DNA of 64,000 bases from Chlamydiota bacterium. Its GTDB lineage: Bacteria > Chlamydiota > Chlamydiia > Chlamydiales > SM23-39. The translations under genes were made by a program, and so were the position numbers. This document shows positions 27,577 to 37,344 of this stretch, in pieces. Each line of letters starts with the position of its first letter. Positions within the stretch are counted from its first letter, which is position 1. Below the pieces are notes generated by a model, which did no database searches, was not told where the DNA came from, and was given only the letters and a program-made list of their open reading frames with translations. The stretch lies in NCBI GenBank assembly GCA_038534095.1, contig JBCAXK010000002.1:8790-72789 (forward strand). The letters run 5' to 3'.

Positions 27577-28792
27577 AGGCGTATGTTTGTAAAATGTTTT
27601 GAAAGGTAGGGATAGTTGGCAAGAAGCTACACACAATGATAGCGCACGAAATGATAAAAAGTACAATCAAATAGACGCGTCCCCAAAGCGAGCGGTAGAC
27701 AGAAGGCTGGGGCAACTTCCAGGCAAGAAAAACAGGGAACATGCCCAGCAAAATCGCTACAAAAACTGCGGCATATTCAAGAGCGAGTAAAAATCCTTGT
27801 TGATAAAAGAGGGTGAAAAGCAGAGGAGGGATGAACGTGAAAAAAAGGGGCGCACTTTTCGGATAACGCTGCTGTCTCTTGCGCAAACCGTCGCGCAAAA
27901 AGTCGATGAGACTGATCGAAATGCCCAGCAAAGAGGTGAGCATCGCAAACAAAGAAAAAAGAAGGGCCCCAAGCTGGATGTAGGGAGCTCCCACAAGAGC
28001 GACTAAGGTTTCGGTGATGGCTCCTCCTGTTTGCAAAGCGCTGAAAAAGCTCACTTCTCCCCGAAGGGGAATGATGCCTAGTGTCACAATCTCCCAAAGA
28101 ACGTACACAAAAAGAGGCAACACGCTCCCCCAGAAAACCGCTTTTTGCAGCGGTTTTTTTTGATACTCCATATACGAGGCGAGGCTGGGTATCACAATAT
28201 GAAATCCAAAGGATGTGATCATCACAGGAATCCCAAAAAGGGCCGCAGAAAGATCGGAGTGGGCAAGCAAAGAAGGCTCGATACGGCTTGGCAAAAACAC
28301 GAGCAAAATGAGGTAAGAAAAGAGCAAACCCACCATCAAGATCCGATTGACTAGATCAATAGAGCGCATCCCAAAAGAGAGAAACCAGGAAAAGGCGAAG
28401 ACCAAAATAAGCGGAAGGAGAAAAGGGTAGACGCCGCTTGGAAGAGTTCCTAAAAAAAGGGTCTGCAATAGGCGGCTTGCTCCCGAAATGTAAGCAGCGG
28501 TTAAGGAGTAGAGAAGGAGCAGGTAAGTCACCCCACAAACAGCTTTTGCTTTCTCCCCAAGCAGGCTCTCTGTCATGGAAATCAGGTGGGCTTTCTTTTT
28601 TATGTGCAACGTCACATCAATGAGCAAAAAGGCGGTTCCCAACATAAAAACCCAGGAAAACCCTAAAAAAACGAGAGCCCAAAAACATCCAGAAAAGGCA
28701 TTTGTGGTGGGCATCGCGAGCATGCCCGCACCAATCGTTGTTCCTGCTACAAGAAAAAGGGCGCCTAAAAAATGGTTGAGCCGAAGGCTCAT
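27557..28792 (-). CDS. tyrP: aromatic amino acid (Tyr/Trp) permease, HAAAP family, copy 2
   Basis: MSLRLNHFLGALFLVAGTTIGAGMLAMP is the TyrP/Mtr N-terminal signature. About 11 transmembrane segments. The ATG at 28792 forms an ATGA overlap with the upstream paralogue. Confidence 0.8.
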   Translation of the reverse strand: MSLRLNHFLGALFLVAGTTIGAGMLAMPTTNAFSGCFWALVFLGFSWVFMLGTAFLLIDVTLHIKKKAHLISMTESLLGEKAKAVCGVTYLLLLYSLTAAYISGASRLLQTLFLGTLPSGVYPFLLPLILVFAFSWFLSFGMRSIDLVNRILMVGLLFSYLILLVFLPSRIEPSLLAHSDLSAALFGIPVMITSFGFHIVIPSLASYMEYQKKPLQKAVFWGSVLPLFVYVLWEIVTLGIIPLRGEVSFFSALQTGGAITETLVALVGAPYIQLGALLFSLFAMLTSLLGISISLIDFLRDGLRKRQQRYPKSAPLFFTFIPPLLFTLFYQQGFLLALEYAAVFVAILLGMFPVFLAWKLPQPSVYRSLWGRVYLIVLFIISCAIIVCSFLPTIPTFQNILQTYAYESLSS

Positions 28793-29991
28793 GAGACGCT
28801 CCTTACCATCGTAAACAGCTCCTGGAAAAAGAGCCAAAACGCGAAAAAGGCGGAGCAAAGAAGAGCCGCTCTTCCTCCAAACGCGCGGTAATTTCCAGGA
28901 AATTTTTGCCGGTAGCGACCATTCCAAACTGCAAAAACAGGCAAAATGCCAAATAGGGTCATCGTGCAAACGCCCCCTGCAAATTGTAAGGCAGCGTAAA
29001 ATACTTCGGGATAGGTGAGGGCAAAAAGAAGGCTAGGCAGTAGGACAACTGTCACCAAAAAAACGTGATTCCTCGAGGATAAAGGCATGTTTAGCCCATC
29101 GGCTAAAAAGTGGACCAAGGTGAGCGCTTGCGGTACAAACGAGGTTACAATCGCAAAAAAAGCAAACGACTGCGCGTAAGAGCCAATGCCAAAGTTTTTC
29201 AAGGCATAGCTCGCCTCCTCTTTTCTTTGGTAAATGGCCAAAATCCCCTCTTCTCCCCCAAAAGGAACGAGTCCCAAAAGGAGCCCTTGCCAGAAGAGGT
29301 ATACAAAAAAGACGATCAAACTACCACCGAAAATGGTTTGTTGCATCTTTCTCCAATCCTGATCTACGTAAGCGCTAAGGGAGGGAATCATATTTTGAAA
29401 ACCAAAGGATAAGACTAGAACGGGCAGGGAAAGGGACCAAAAACTCCACTCCACATGGAGCCAGTTGCCCATATCTGTCTTTGGAGCCCCTAAAAAAACC
29501 ATGAAAAAAAAACTGTAGCCAAGTCCCACCATCAAAAAACGGTTCATCCCATCGATGAAGCGGGTGCCTAAGAAAAGAGCGCCTCCAAAAATGAGAACGA
29601 ACAAGACAGAAGCTAACGTAGGGGGTAAAAAAATACCGGCAAAATGGTTGATGAAGCCAGAAAAGATTTTAGAACTGGCCGAGATGTAGGCAATCAGAAG
29701 GGAGTAGAATAAAAAGAGGTAAGAAAAAAAGCAGATCCGCTTTCCCCAAATACCCAGTCCTTTTTCCAGCATGGAGAGCAAATTGACTTGGTTAGGAAAC
29801 CAGGCGTTCATTTCTAACACCAAACAGGCGCTGTAGGTCATAAAAGCCCAAGCAAGCAACAGGCTCAAAAGAGAAGGAAAAAATCCGCTCAAACCTGTTA
29901 AGATCGGCAGAGCGAGCATGCCGGCGCCAATGCAGCTTCCCGCTACAAGGAGCGAGCCTCCAAGAAGGGGGTAGGAGGGAGCCGCCTTCAT
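28789..29991 (-). CDS. tyrP: aromatic amino acid (Tyr/Trp) permease, HAAAP family, copy 1
   Basis: 400 aa. Begins LLGGSLLVAGSCIGAGMLALP. It is a paralogue of the downstream gene and has an ATGA overlap with the thyX stop. Confidence 0.8.
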   Translation of the reverse strand: MKAAPSYPLLGGSLLVAGSCIGAGMLALPILTGLSGFFPSLLSLLLAWAFMTYSACLVLEMNAWFPNQVNLLSMLEKGLGIWGKRICFFSYLFLFYSLLIAYISASSKIFSGFINHFAGIFLPPTLASVLFVLIFGGALFLGTRFIDGMNRFLMVGLGYSFFFMVFLGAPKTDMGNWLHVEWSFWSLSLPVLVLSFGFQNMIPSLSAYVDQDWRKMQQTIFGGSLIVFFVYLFWQGLLLGLVPFGGEEGILAIYQRKEEASYALKNFGIGSYAQSFAFFAIVTSFVPQALTLVHFLADGLNMPLSSRNHVFLVTVVLLPSLLFALTYPEVFYAALQFAGGVCTMTLFGILPVFAVWNGRYRQKFPGNYRAFGGRAALLCSAFFAFWLFFQELFTMVRSVS

Positions 29992-31616
29992 CGGGGGTTT
30001 TCCAGCTTTTCTTGCTTCCGTTGCTCCTGATTGAGCCGTCCTAGTGGGTATCCATCGTAATCGACAAATTTGAAAAAGCGCTCAAACTGGGGCTCTTTTT
30101 CACAAACCTGACGGGCCATTTCTTGGGCAAGGTAACGGTAACTTGGGTGGCCTGCTGGAGAGGATCGCAGCTCACACATCCATTGCAAAGCTCGAAGATT
30201 CACATGGAAATACCAGCGGACATTGTACCCCATTGGGACAATGTACTGCGCCTCTTCGGGCAATTCTTGCGCAATCATTTTGTAGGCCTCTTTTGCCCGA
30301 TTCATCGCAGAGATGTAGGGCTTTTCTAGGTCGGTGTGCAAAATTTCTGGGGGGATGAAGTAGCCATAATTGCACGTGAGGAGCTGCCGCTCTTGGGTGA
30401 GGAGTCTGTGCCTATGTAGATCTCTATAGACCCCAAAATCGGCTACAATTTCAAAGGTGTAGTTCGCATGTTCTAAGGCTCTCGGTGACTTATGTCGCCG
30501 ATTTTCACGGGGCATCGACGCTGCGTCTAAAATCCTTAAGAGGTCTTCTTCTCCCATCTCCTTACAAAGGGCTGTCAGCTGCTGCAAAGAGGCTGAGGAG
30601 CCTTGAAACAGAAGCGCAGCGGCTACTTTGTACACCGCTTCTTTATCGTAATCGGCGAGAGTAACCCCAGGGCGGCTTTGCTGGCTGATCTCTTCTGTGT
30701 GGCTCGTAGAGAGCTGCAAAAGCTCTTTTTGCATCTCTTCATGAAACTCAGCGTTTGCTTCTTGGTATTTATGGCCTAGAGCCGCCCTACGAATGAACGA
30801 GGGGATCACTTTGCTAAGCTCGGCTTGCGTCGATTTACCAAGCTCACTGAGCTCAGCTAGGTTGTTCCTATGCATTTTTTGTATCAAGGTTTCAAAAAAG
30901 CGCCCATTGCCGAAAACGCCCATATTCGTGAGGGTGGAGGCAGGAAGAAGTCCGCGCAAGCAGTCGAGCACCTTTGCTCGTAAAGAAGCGTTATAGGCCA
31001 ATTTTGAAATGTGATGATTTTTCGGGAATTTTTGTTCGATCAGTTCGGTCAGTTGAGGAATGAGTAGCTTGTAGGTATCGAACAAATGGTCGCATGTCTC
31101 CAAGTACAAGTCTCGGTAGGCGGAGGTGAGGAGAATCGGTTCTTGGTAGTAAAGGTACTCACCGTTGATTTTTTGATCAAAATAGATGTACCTTGTCGAT
31201 TTTTCTAAAGGAGAGCCTCCAATCCGAGCATCTTCGATCACTTTGGCCGCAAGCATCGATATATTTTCTATCGCAAGGTGCGCTCCCCCCAGTTCTGCGA
31301 TCGAATCATCTCCGTAACCATCTAAAATACGATCGTAAAAGTTTTTTGCTTTTTTGATGGCAATCATTTGCTCATCTTGTTGGGGTGACTTACACCGACC
31401 TGCAATCTCCTGAAAAGAGGTATCCTCGTTCATGATGAACTCTTTGAGTAGTAAAGAACGGAGTCCCAGAGTCGACCTGGAGTAGCGCGAAAAAAGAGCG
31501 CCTTTGATCACTTCGGGAAGGTTCCTTAGCACAAAAACATTGCTTGTTGTGCTCGACACAAATTGGTGTAAAATTTTAATCTGACTTTCAGAGAATTCTT
31601 CGTAATTCTGCGTCAT
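29988..31616 (-). CDS. thyX: FAD-dependent thymidylate synthase ThyX, long chlamydial form
   Basis: 542 aa with the ThyX-type motif YRDLHRHRLLTQERQ. The size and the position next to hemB match the chlamydial thyX-hemB arrangement. Confidence 0.75.
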   Translation of the reverse strand: MTQNYEEFSESQIKILHQFVSSTTSNVFVLRNLPEVIKGALFSRYSRSTLGLRSLLLKEFIMNEDTSFQEIAGRCKSPQQDEQMIAIKKAKNFYDRILDGYGDDSIAELGGAHLAIENISMLAAKVIEDARIGGSPLEKSTRYIYFDQKINGEYLYYQEPILLTSAYRDLYLETCDHLFDTYKLLIPQLTELIEQKFPKNHHISKLAYNASLRAKVLDCLRGLLPASTLTNMGVFGNGRFFETLIQKMHRNNLAELSELGKSTQAELSKVIPSFIRRAALGHKYQEANAEFHEEMQKELLQLSTSHTEEISQQSRPGVTLADYDKEAVYKVAAALLFQGSSASLQQLTALCKEMGEEDLLRILDAASMPRENRRHKSPRALEHANYTFEIVADFGVYRDLHRHRLLTQERQLLTCNYGYFIPPEILHTDLEKPYISAMNRAKEAYKMIAQELPEEAQYIVPMGYNVRWYFHVNLRALQWMCELRSSPAGHPSYRYLAQEMARQVCEKEPQFERFFKFVDYDGYPLGRLNQEQRKQEKLENPR

Positions 31617-31710
31617 CTAGTCCTCATCTCATGGATCGTTTTCTACAAGACTGCCATAGTCTTCCAGCAGGGATCAAGGAAAATCCTACAGAAAAAAGCT
31701 GCTCAAAATT

Positions 31711-32775
31711 TTGCAGACAGGTAAAAGAAAATTTACCAGGAGGTTTTCTTTGAAATTGACGCCAGGCGCTCCCTTTATCCCCCTTTCAAAGGAAGGGGCA
31801 TTGACCATTCCAACAAGACTTCGTAGGCTCCGCAGCAAAAAAACTCTACGCGGCCTTGTCCAAGAAACACTCTTAACAAAACGGGATTTTGTCCTCCCCC
31901 TATTCTTGATCGAAGGACAGGGGAAAAAAGTTCCTATTGCCTCGATGCCTGGCATTTTTCGCTATTCGATCGATCAGGCTCTTGAGCAAATACAGGCCTA
32001 TTTTGATCAAGGAATTGGAACGTTTGCCCTGTTTCCTTGTTTACCTCATGAAAAGAAATCTTGGACGGGAAAAGAAGCCTTTACCAAACATGCCCTGATC
32101 CCCAAAGCGCTGACTTTTTTCAGGCGGTTTGTGCCAGAAGCGTGCCTCATCGCCGATGTGGCTCTTGACCCCTTCACTTCTCATGGACACGACGGCATTT
32201 TAGGGGAAAATCACGAAGTGCTCAACGATGTAACGGTCCACTATTTAGCAAAAATGGCTCTCCTCTACGCAAACTCGGGCGCAGACATGGTGGCGCCTAG
32301 CGACATGATGGATGGTAGGGTGCTTCGGATCCGTCAGATGTTAGATGAAGGCAAGTCGCACAATACTGCGATCTTAGCCTACAGCGCAAAGTACGCCTCC
32401 TGCTTTTACAAGCCTTTCCGTGAAGCCTTAGATTCCGCTCCTGCTGGGGATAAAAAATCGTACCAGCTAGATCCGGCCAATCAAAGAGAGGCTTTGCTCG
32501 AAGCGCATCTCGATGAAGAGGAGCACGCCGATATTCTCATGGTGAAACCTGCGGGAATGTATTTAGATGTGATTCAAAGCATCCGAAAACAGACAAAAAG
32601 ACCCTTGGCTGCCTATCACGTGAGTGGGGAGTACGCCATGGTGATGGCCGCGCACCAGCAGGGGATTTTGGTCGCGAAAGAGGCATTTCTTGAAATCCTT
32701 ACGAGCATCAAAAGGGCGGGAGCCGACCTGATTTTTTCCTACGCTTTAGATCATGTTTTGGGCGAGTTGCTTTAG
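31711..32775 (+). CDS. hemB: porphobilinogen synthase (delta-aminolevulinate dehydratase)
   Basis: Contains RLRRLR....LV.E, PLFLIEG, the active-site region MVKPA and AYHVSGEYAM. The track uses the TTG start at 31711. An internal TTG before TIPTRLRRL is an alternative. Confidence 0.9.
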   Translation: MQTGKRKFTRRFSLKLTPGAPFIPLSKEGALTIPTRLRRLRSKKTLRGLVQETLLTKRDFVLPLFLIEGQGKKVPIASMPGIFRYSIDQALEQIQAYFDQGIGTFALFPCLPHEKKSWTGKEAFTKHALIPKALTFFRRFVPEACLIADVALDPFTSHGHDGILGENHEVLNDVTVHYLAKMALLYANSGADMVAPSDMMDGRVLRIRQMLDEGKSHNTAILAYSAKYASCFYKPFREALDSAPAGDKKSYQLDPANQREALLEAHLDEEEHADILMVKPAGMYLDVIQSIRKQTKRPLAAYHVSGEYAMVMAAHQQGILVAKEAFLEILTSIKRAGADLIFSYALDHVLGELL

Positions 32776-32798
32776 AAAGCTTAAGGCCCCAAAAGCGC

Positions 32799-34934
32799 TC
32801 AATAGCAGGGAAGGAGGCACCCTAAACGGTCGTCGTAAATCGTTTGGTAGAGAGGCTCCCCTGTAGAAGCGATCGCTCCCACATCTCGAAGGCGAGCGGG
32901 AAGGGAGTAGCCCCACCTCTTTTTGCTGCTTTTATTGAGAAAAAGATCGAGCGGCACCGAAAAAGCAATCCCCTTATCAAAATACCTCTTCCCATCCACC
33001 CAATCTACTCCGCTTGTGTAAGTGATCCAGAAACCGACTTGACATCCTGAAGGAAACGTCTTTTCTATTTGAAAACGGGCTCCCCGGTCTTTGGCAAGAA
33101 ATTGCCCGAGTTTACAAGAAAAATTGACCGCATGATGGGGCAGCTCGTAATGGAAACTCAGAAAGTACTGCAATCCGTAGTAGGGAACATACTTGGGAGA
33201 ACACCCTTCGAATTTCCGGATGTTTTTTTGTATACCTAGGCCGTTATAGGCTCTTTTCGCAAGGGCGGCTGCTTCTACGCCGAGCGCAAAGGGGCTTCCT
33301 ACAGGATACAGCAATAGCTCAGAAGCAAGTCCCAGATAGGCCACCTCAAAATATCCCAAACTCATCTTAGCAAAGACTCCCCCACCTACGTTCCAGTTTT
33401 TCTGCAAAAACGCCCGATCTAGGTGGAGAGAGGAGCTGTTTTGGTACAAAGGGGTATCTGAGCGAACATTGATGATCTGCGAGGGACTGGAAAGATCGGC
33501 CTCCGAAGAGCCGGTCGACTTTATGATGTATTTCGCAGAAAATGCGTAGTAGACGCTATCGAACAAATACCCATCGAGCGAACCTTGGATGCCCGCTGCG
33601 TACTCGATTTTTCCAAAAGAGCCTCCAAAGTAGGTTTGAAAAATCGGCTGAATCGTGTAGAGAATCACCGGTTTTTTTCGGGCGTAAAGAAGGCGCGCGG
33701 AATAAGGGGTAGGAAGGGCTTGCACTTCCTGCATAGACGTCAGCAAGCTAAGCTCATACTCGCCCATTTTTCCCACAACATACCGATCCAAAATAGCGCG
33801 GCTTATCTCATATTCTTGAAGAGGAATCCCACTACTTTCTACAATCACCCTCGTTGAGGTGATTGTTTCAGGAAGGATCTGGGATAAAATCGCGCTCACC
33901 CTCTTCCGAACAGCTGGTTCTTGCCTGTAGGTACTATTGACAATCCGTATCCACAAAATGCCTTGTTTTTGGGCGAGATAGAACAAATCGAAGCCCTGCT
34001 CGGCAAATGCGACGCGCAGCTCTTTTACAAAATCGGGCTGAGATGCGAAAGCCCCTAACGGCGCTTCCCTCGATGAAGCAGCGTAGAGAGGAGGGTCTTT
34101 CGTTTTCGGAAAAAATCCGCAGCTCCCTCCCAAATCGTAAGAAAAAGCGGCTTCCCCTACAAGGTGTTTTCCCCCGCTCGTAGAATTTTTTGTCCCAATT
34201 CTTGCGGTAAGAGCGTTCCAAAAACCGCAGGAAATTCCTACATTGACCGGAATCTTTGGGGAACTTCCTGCAAGAAAAGGGTTCTTGTAGCGGCTATACT
34301 CCACCTGAAAACAAAGTGAGGTCCCTTCGGGGAGGGACTTAGACAATGGGCTCCACTGGACAGCTCCAAACAAACCGCGCAGATTTCCTGCCCCCCAGCC
34401 CACACTCAGCTCTAGGTCGCTCGTTAAAAAAGATTTTGTCCCTACTGCGTAAAAAGAAAATCCAGCGGGGTCCCCTAAAATAGCGTCCCAACCAAGGGAG
34501 ATTTCGGGCAAGGAGGGCAGGCCGTCTTCTGCCTGCAAAAGAGCGTATTTGATGCTAGCAAATTTTTTTGCCATTGTTGCCGTGCCATCTCCGCAAAGAG
34601 CTCTCTCCACCTGTTTTTTTAGGTAGGTATACTGGCCGCGCACCTCAAGTCTTGGGAAAAGCTGGATAGAGGCGCTGTAGAGGTCAGCAGAAGAGCTGTA
34701 AGCGCCCACCAGACCGACCGTCCCCTCTTTTTGCATACGGGCTGAAGGGAGATCCAAATAACCGACCGTGCCAAAGCGGTTGTAGCGCATGGGAAGAGCC
34801 CGCTCTGTTTCTTGATCGATGAAAGAGGCTTGTTCGAGATCTGCTAAAAGCGACTCTGTTTTTTCCCAATCGCCTAAGGCGTACGCGCACACCTGGAAAG
34901 AAAAAAGAAGATAAAACAGCAGCCATCTGTTCAT
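32799..34934 (-). CDS. YjbH-family outer-membrane protein (exopolysaccharide-associated beta-barrel)
   Basis: Signal peptide MNRWLLFYLLFSFQVCAYA, with the ATG at 34934. The segments FGTVGYLDLPSARMQKEGT...YSASIQLFPRLEV and the C-terminal KGIAFSVPLDLF match the E. coli YjbH motifs as I recall them (FGGVGLLQTPTARMAREGE, YSASVQLFPWLE, KGVYVSVPLDLF). Confidence 0.7.
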   Translation of the reverse strand: MNRWLLFYLLFSFQVCAYALGDWEKTESLLADLEQASFIDQETERALPMRYNRFGTVGYLDLPSARMQKEGTVGLVGAYSSSADLYSASIQLFPRLEVRGQYTYLKKQVERALCGDGTATMAKKFASIKYALLQAEDGLPSLPEISLGWDAILGDPAGFSFYAVGTKSFLTSDLELSVGWGAGNLRGLFGAVQWSPLSKSLPEGTSLCFQVEYSRYKNPFLAGSSPKIPVNVGISCGFWNALTARIGTKNSTSGGKHLVGEAAFSYDLGGSCGFFPKTKDPPLYAASSREAPLGAFASQPDFVKELRVAFAEQGFDLFYLAQKQGILWIRIVNSTYRQEPAVRKRVSAILSQILPETITSTRVIVESSGIPLQEYEISRAILDRYVVGKMGEYELSLLTSMQEVQALPTPYSARLLYARKKPVILYTIQPIFQTYFGGSFGKIEYAAGIQGSLDGYLFDSVYYAFSAKYIIKSTGSSEADLSSPSQIINVRSDTPLYQNSSSLHLDRAFLQKNWNVGGGVFAKMSLGYFEVAYLGLASELLLYPVGSPFALGVEAAALAKRAYNGLGIQKNIRKFEGCSPKYVPYYGLQYFLSFHYELPHHAVNFSCKLGQFLAKDRGARFQIEKTFPSGCQVGFWITYTSGVDWVDGKRYFDKGIAFSVPLDLFLNKSSKKRWGYSLPARLRDVGAIASTGEPLYQTIYDDRLGCLLPCY

Positions 34935-35109
34935 GAAAAAGGAGAAAATTGGCACTGAGGTTCCTTGTGAAGGGGGCTCTATAGGCGCGTTTTGTAAAAC
35001 TTCTTTTACAAAGGGATCTCTTCTAATAAATCTTTGGAAAAACCCTTCTGTTGAAGGTTTTACTGTATTGTTATACAATTTTTCCATAAGAAAATTTTGG
35101 GAAGAATCG

Positions 35110-37251
35110 ATGACTTATCTTGCGGACTTTATTACACGAATTGAAAAGAATGACTATCCTGGCTTTTTAAAACTTTGGGAAGAGTATTGTTACAGCGATG
35201 AGTTTGACATCGACGAGTACAAAAAAATCTTACAAACAGCTTTAAACTCACCGCTAGCTGCTCCTTTTGGAAAACATGTGGAAAAAGGGCTCATTCTTTG
35301 GAAGAAATTGAGCACTCCAAAAGAGGCTTTTGAAGTTTTGAAGCTCATTTTTCAAATTCAAACGACCCATTCTGAATCACTCTATGAAGTCGGCACCGAA
35401 TGTTTACAAAAAATGTATCCAAATGATCCGAATTTTCAAGAAAAAATCCGCATGGTTGGTCTCCGCCCTGGAGAAAATTTTCAGGGGGCTTTAAGCAATT
35501 ATGAACTACTCACCCACCTAAAAAAGGGGAACTTTGTCTACCATAATGGGGGCTGGGGCGCGAGTGAAATCCTCGAAGTCTCCGTAATCCGAGAAGAGCT
35601 TGCTCTCGAATGTGAACAGGTAGTTGGTACGAAACACCTCTCTTTTGCAAACGCTTTTAAAACGCTCATCCCCATTGGAAAGGACCATTTTCTCGCTAGA
35701 CGTTTTGGAGATCCCGATCTTTTAGAAAAACAAGCAAAAGAACATCCAACCGAAGTTCTTCGCTCTCTTCTACGGGATTTAGGCCCTAAAACAGCCGCAG
35801 AAATCAAAGAAGAGCTCTTAGACCTTGTCATCCCTGAAAAAGACTGGAATCGCTGGTGGCAAAATACACGTAGCAAACTCAAAAAAGATACGAAGATCTC
35901 TTGCCCAAAAACTTTACGCCTTCCGTTTACCCTGCTCGATCAAGCCATTCCTCACGAGGTAGCCTTTTATAAAGCCCTTGAAGCCAAACCCGATGTTCCG
36001 ACAACGATTCAGATGGTCTACACGTTCTTGCGCGACTTTTCAGAAACATTGAAAAACGAAGAGTTCAAAACGTCCTTAGAAAAAAGAATTCAAGATCTTT
36101 TACAGGAAGAAAATCTGCGAGATGGAGAGCGCCTTTCTCTCCTCTTTTTCCTCGAAGATTTGAAAGTACAGGAAAAAAGAGCGTCTTTAAACGAGCTAAT
36201 CAAAAAGATTGAAGATCCCGATGCGTTCATCAAGACTGTCGATATCGTGGCATTCAAAAAACGTGCCCTAACTTTGATGCGGTCTTTGCGTGAGGATTGG
36301 GAAACGATCTTCCTCTCCCTTCTCTTTACCGTCGAACAAAATATTGCCCGCGACTATCTACTACAAGAAATTGCTACGCTGCCCGGTTTTGAAGAAAAAG
36401 TGACCTATCTTTTAGAACATCCCATCTCTTATCCCGACGTGTTTGTCTGGTACTTTCAAAAGCTTATCGAAGAAAAAAGTACCCTTCCCTACGCCTCTCC
36501 AGAGGGGCGAGCCCAATTTTTTGAGGGGTTTTTGATTCTTCTCGATTATGTTGGGAAAAAAAATGAGCACAAAGACCTCGCAAAAAAAATGCTCTCGATT
36601 CTTTTACACAATCGTTACAAAGTGGTTCGGGATACGATGCGCGGTTCGACATTAGAACAGGTTCGCGAGTTTTTGCTCCTTTCTACCAAATGCCGACTTC
36701 TTTCTGACCACGACATCAAAATCATCTACTCTCTTGCAGAGGTCGTTTATCCGAAACTGGCTAAAGATCGTAAACAAGATGAGGTCGATGAAGAGATCTT
36801 TTGGACAACAGAAAAGGGGTATCAAACAATCAAACAGCGGATAGAACGGATTGCTACGGTGGAAACGGTAGAAAATGCAAAAGAAATTGAAGAAGCTCGC
36901 TCTCATGGAGATTTGCGAGAAAACTCTGAATTCAAATTCGCACTTGAGAAAAGAGCTCGCCTCCAGTCGGAACTGAAATCCCTTTCAGATCAGCTGCAAA
37001 GCGCTCGAATCATCACAAAAGCCGATATTCCCCAAGATTTTGTCGGAATTGGGTGCGTGGTCGATTGTGAAGATCAAAAAAAACAGGTACAAACATTCAC
37101 CATTTTGGGGCCGTGGGACGCAGATCCTGAACAAAACATCCTCTCTTTTCAGTCGAAAATTGCGAAAGTGATGCATGGTCTCCGTATTGGGGAAACCTTT
37201 TCTTTTCAGGGCGATGAGTTTAAGATCATGAAAATCACAAGCTATCTGTAG
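35110..37251 (+). CDS. greA: transcription elongation factor GreA, long chlamydial form
   Basis: 713 aa counted from MTYLADF (ATG at 35110). The C-terminal ~150 aa form a canonical GreA domain (HGDLRENSEFKFALEKRARLQSEL ... ILGPWDADPEQNILSFQSKIAKVMHG). The large N-terminal extension is characteristic of Chlamydiae. Confidence 0.9.
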   Translation: MTYLADFITRIEKNDYPGFLKLWEEYCYSDEFDIDEYKKILQTALNSPLAAPFGKHVEKGLILWKKLSTPKEAFEVLKLIFQIQTTHSESLYEVGTECLQKMYPNDPNFQEKIRMVGLRPGENFQGALSNYELLTHLKKGNFVYHNGGWGASEILEVSVIREELALECEQVVGTKHLSFANAFKTLIPIGKDHFLARRFGDPDLLEKQAKEHPTEVLRSLLRDLGPKTAAEIKEELLDLVIPEKDWNRWWQNTRSKLKKDTKISCPKTLRLPFTLLDQAIPHEVAFYKALEAKPDVPTTIQMVYTFLRDFSETLKNEEFKTSLEKRIQDLLQEENLRDGERLSLLFFLEDLKVQEKRASLNELIKKIEDPDAFIKTVDIVAFKKRALTLMRSLREDWETIFLSLLFTVEQNIARDYLLQEIATLPGFEEKVTYLLEHPISYPDVFVWYFQKLIEEKSTLPYASPEGRAQFFEGFLILLDYVGKKNEHKDLAKKMLSILLHNRYKVVRDTMRGSTLEQVREFLLLSTKCRLLSDHDIKIIYSLAEVVYPKLAKDRKQDEVDEEIFWTTEKGYQTIKQRIERIATVETVENAKEIEEARSHGDLRENSEFKFALEKRARLQSELKSLSDQLQSARIITKADIPQDFVGIGCVVDCEDQKKQVQTFTILGPWDADPEQNILSFQSKIAKVMHGLRIGETFSFQGDEFKIMKITSYL

Positions 37252-37344
37252 AAAATACGCTCTTCTGAGGAAGGTCTTCATGGTTCGAATATTCTTATCT
37301 ATGCTACAGTTAACGAGGTATCAATTAGGATCTGGAGAACCTTC

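Noticed and set aside
31617-31710. thyX-hemB divergent spacer as an oriC candidate
   Set aside because: I checked it because hemB has been used as an origin landmark in Chlamydia. It contains only weak 2-mismatch DnaA-box resemblances (TTTTCTACA) and no clustering, unlike 54219-54372.
2329-35087. Long 5' extensions of the track ORFs for pgl (to 3258), zwf (to 5812), uvrB (to 27666), tyrP-2 (to 28969), the YjbH-like gene (to 35087), greA (from 34933) and, outside this span, ung (to 56508)
   Set aside because: The extensions overlap neighbouring genes or precede the point where family homology or the signal peptide begins. Internal ATGs, often with ATGA coupling or a Shine-Dalgarno, fit better.
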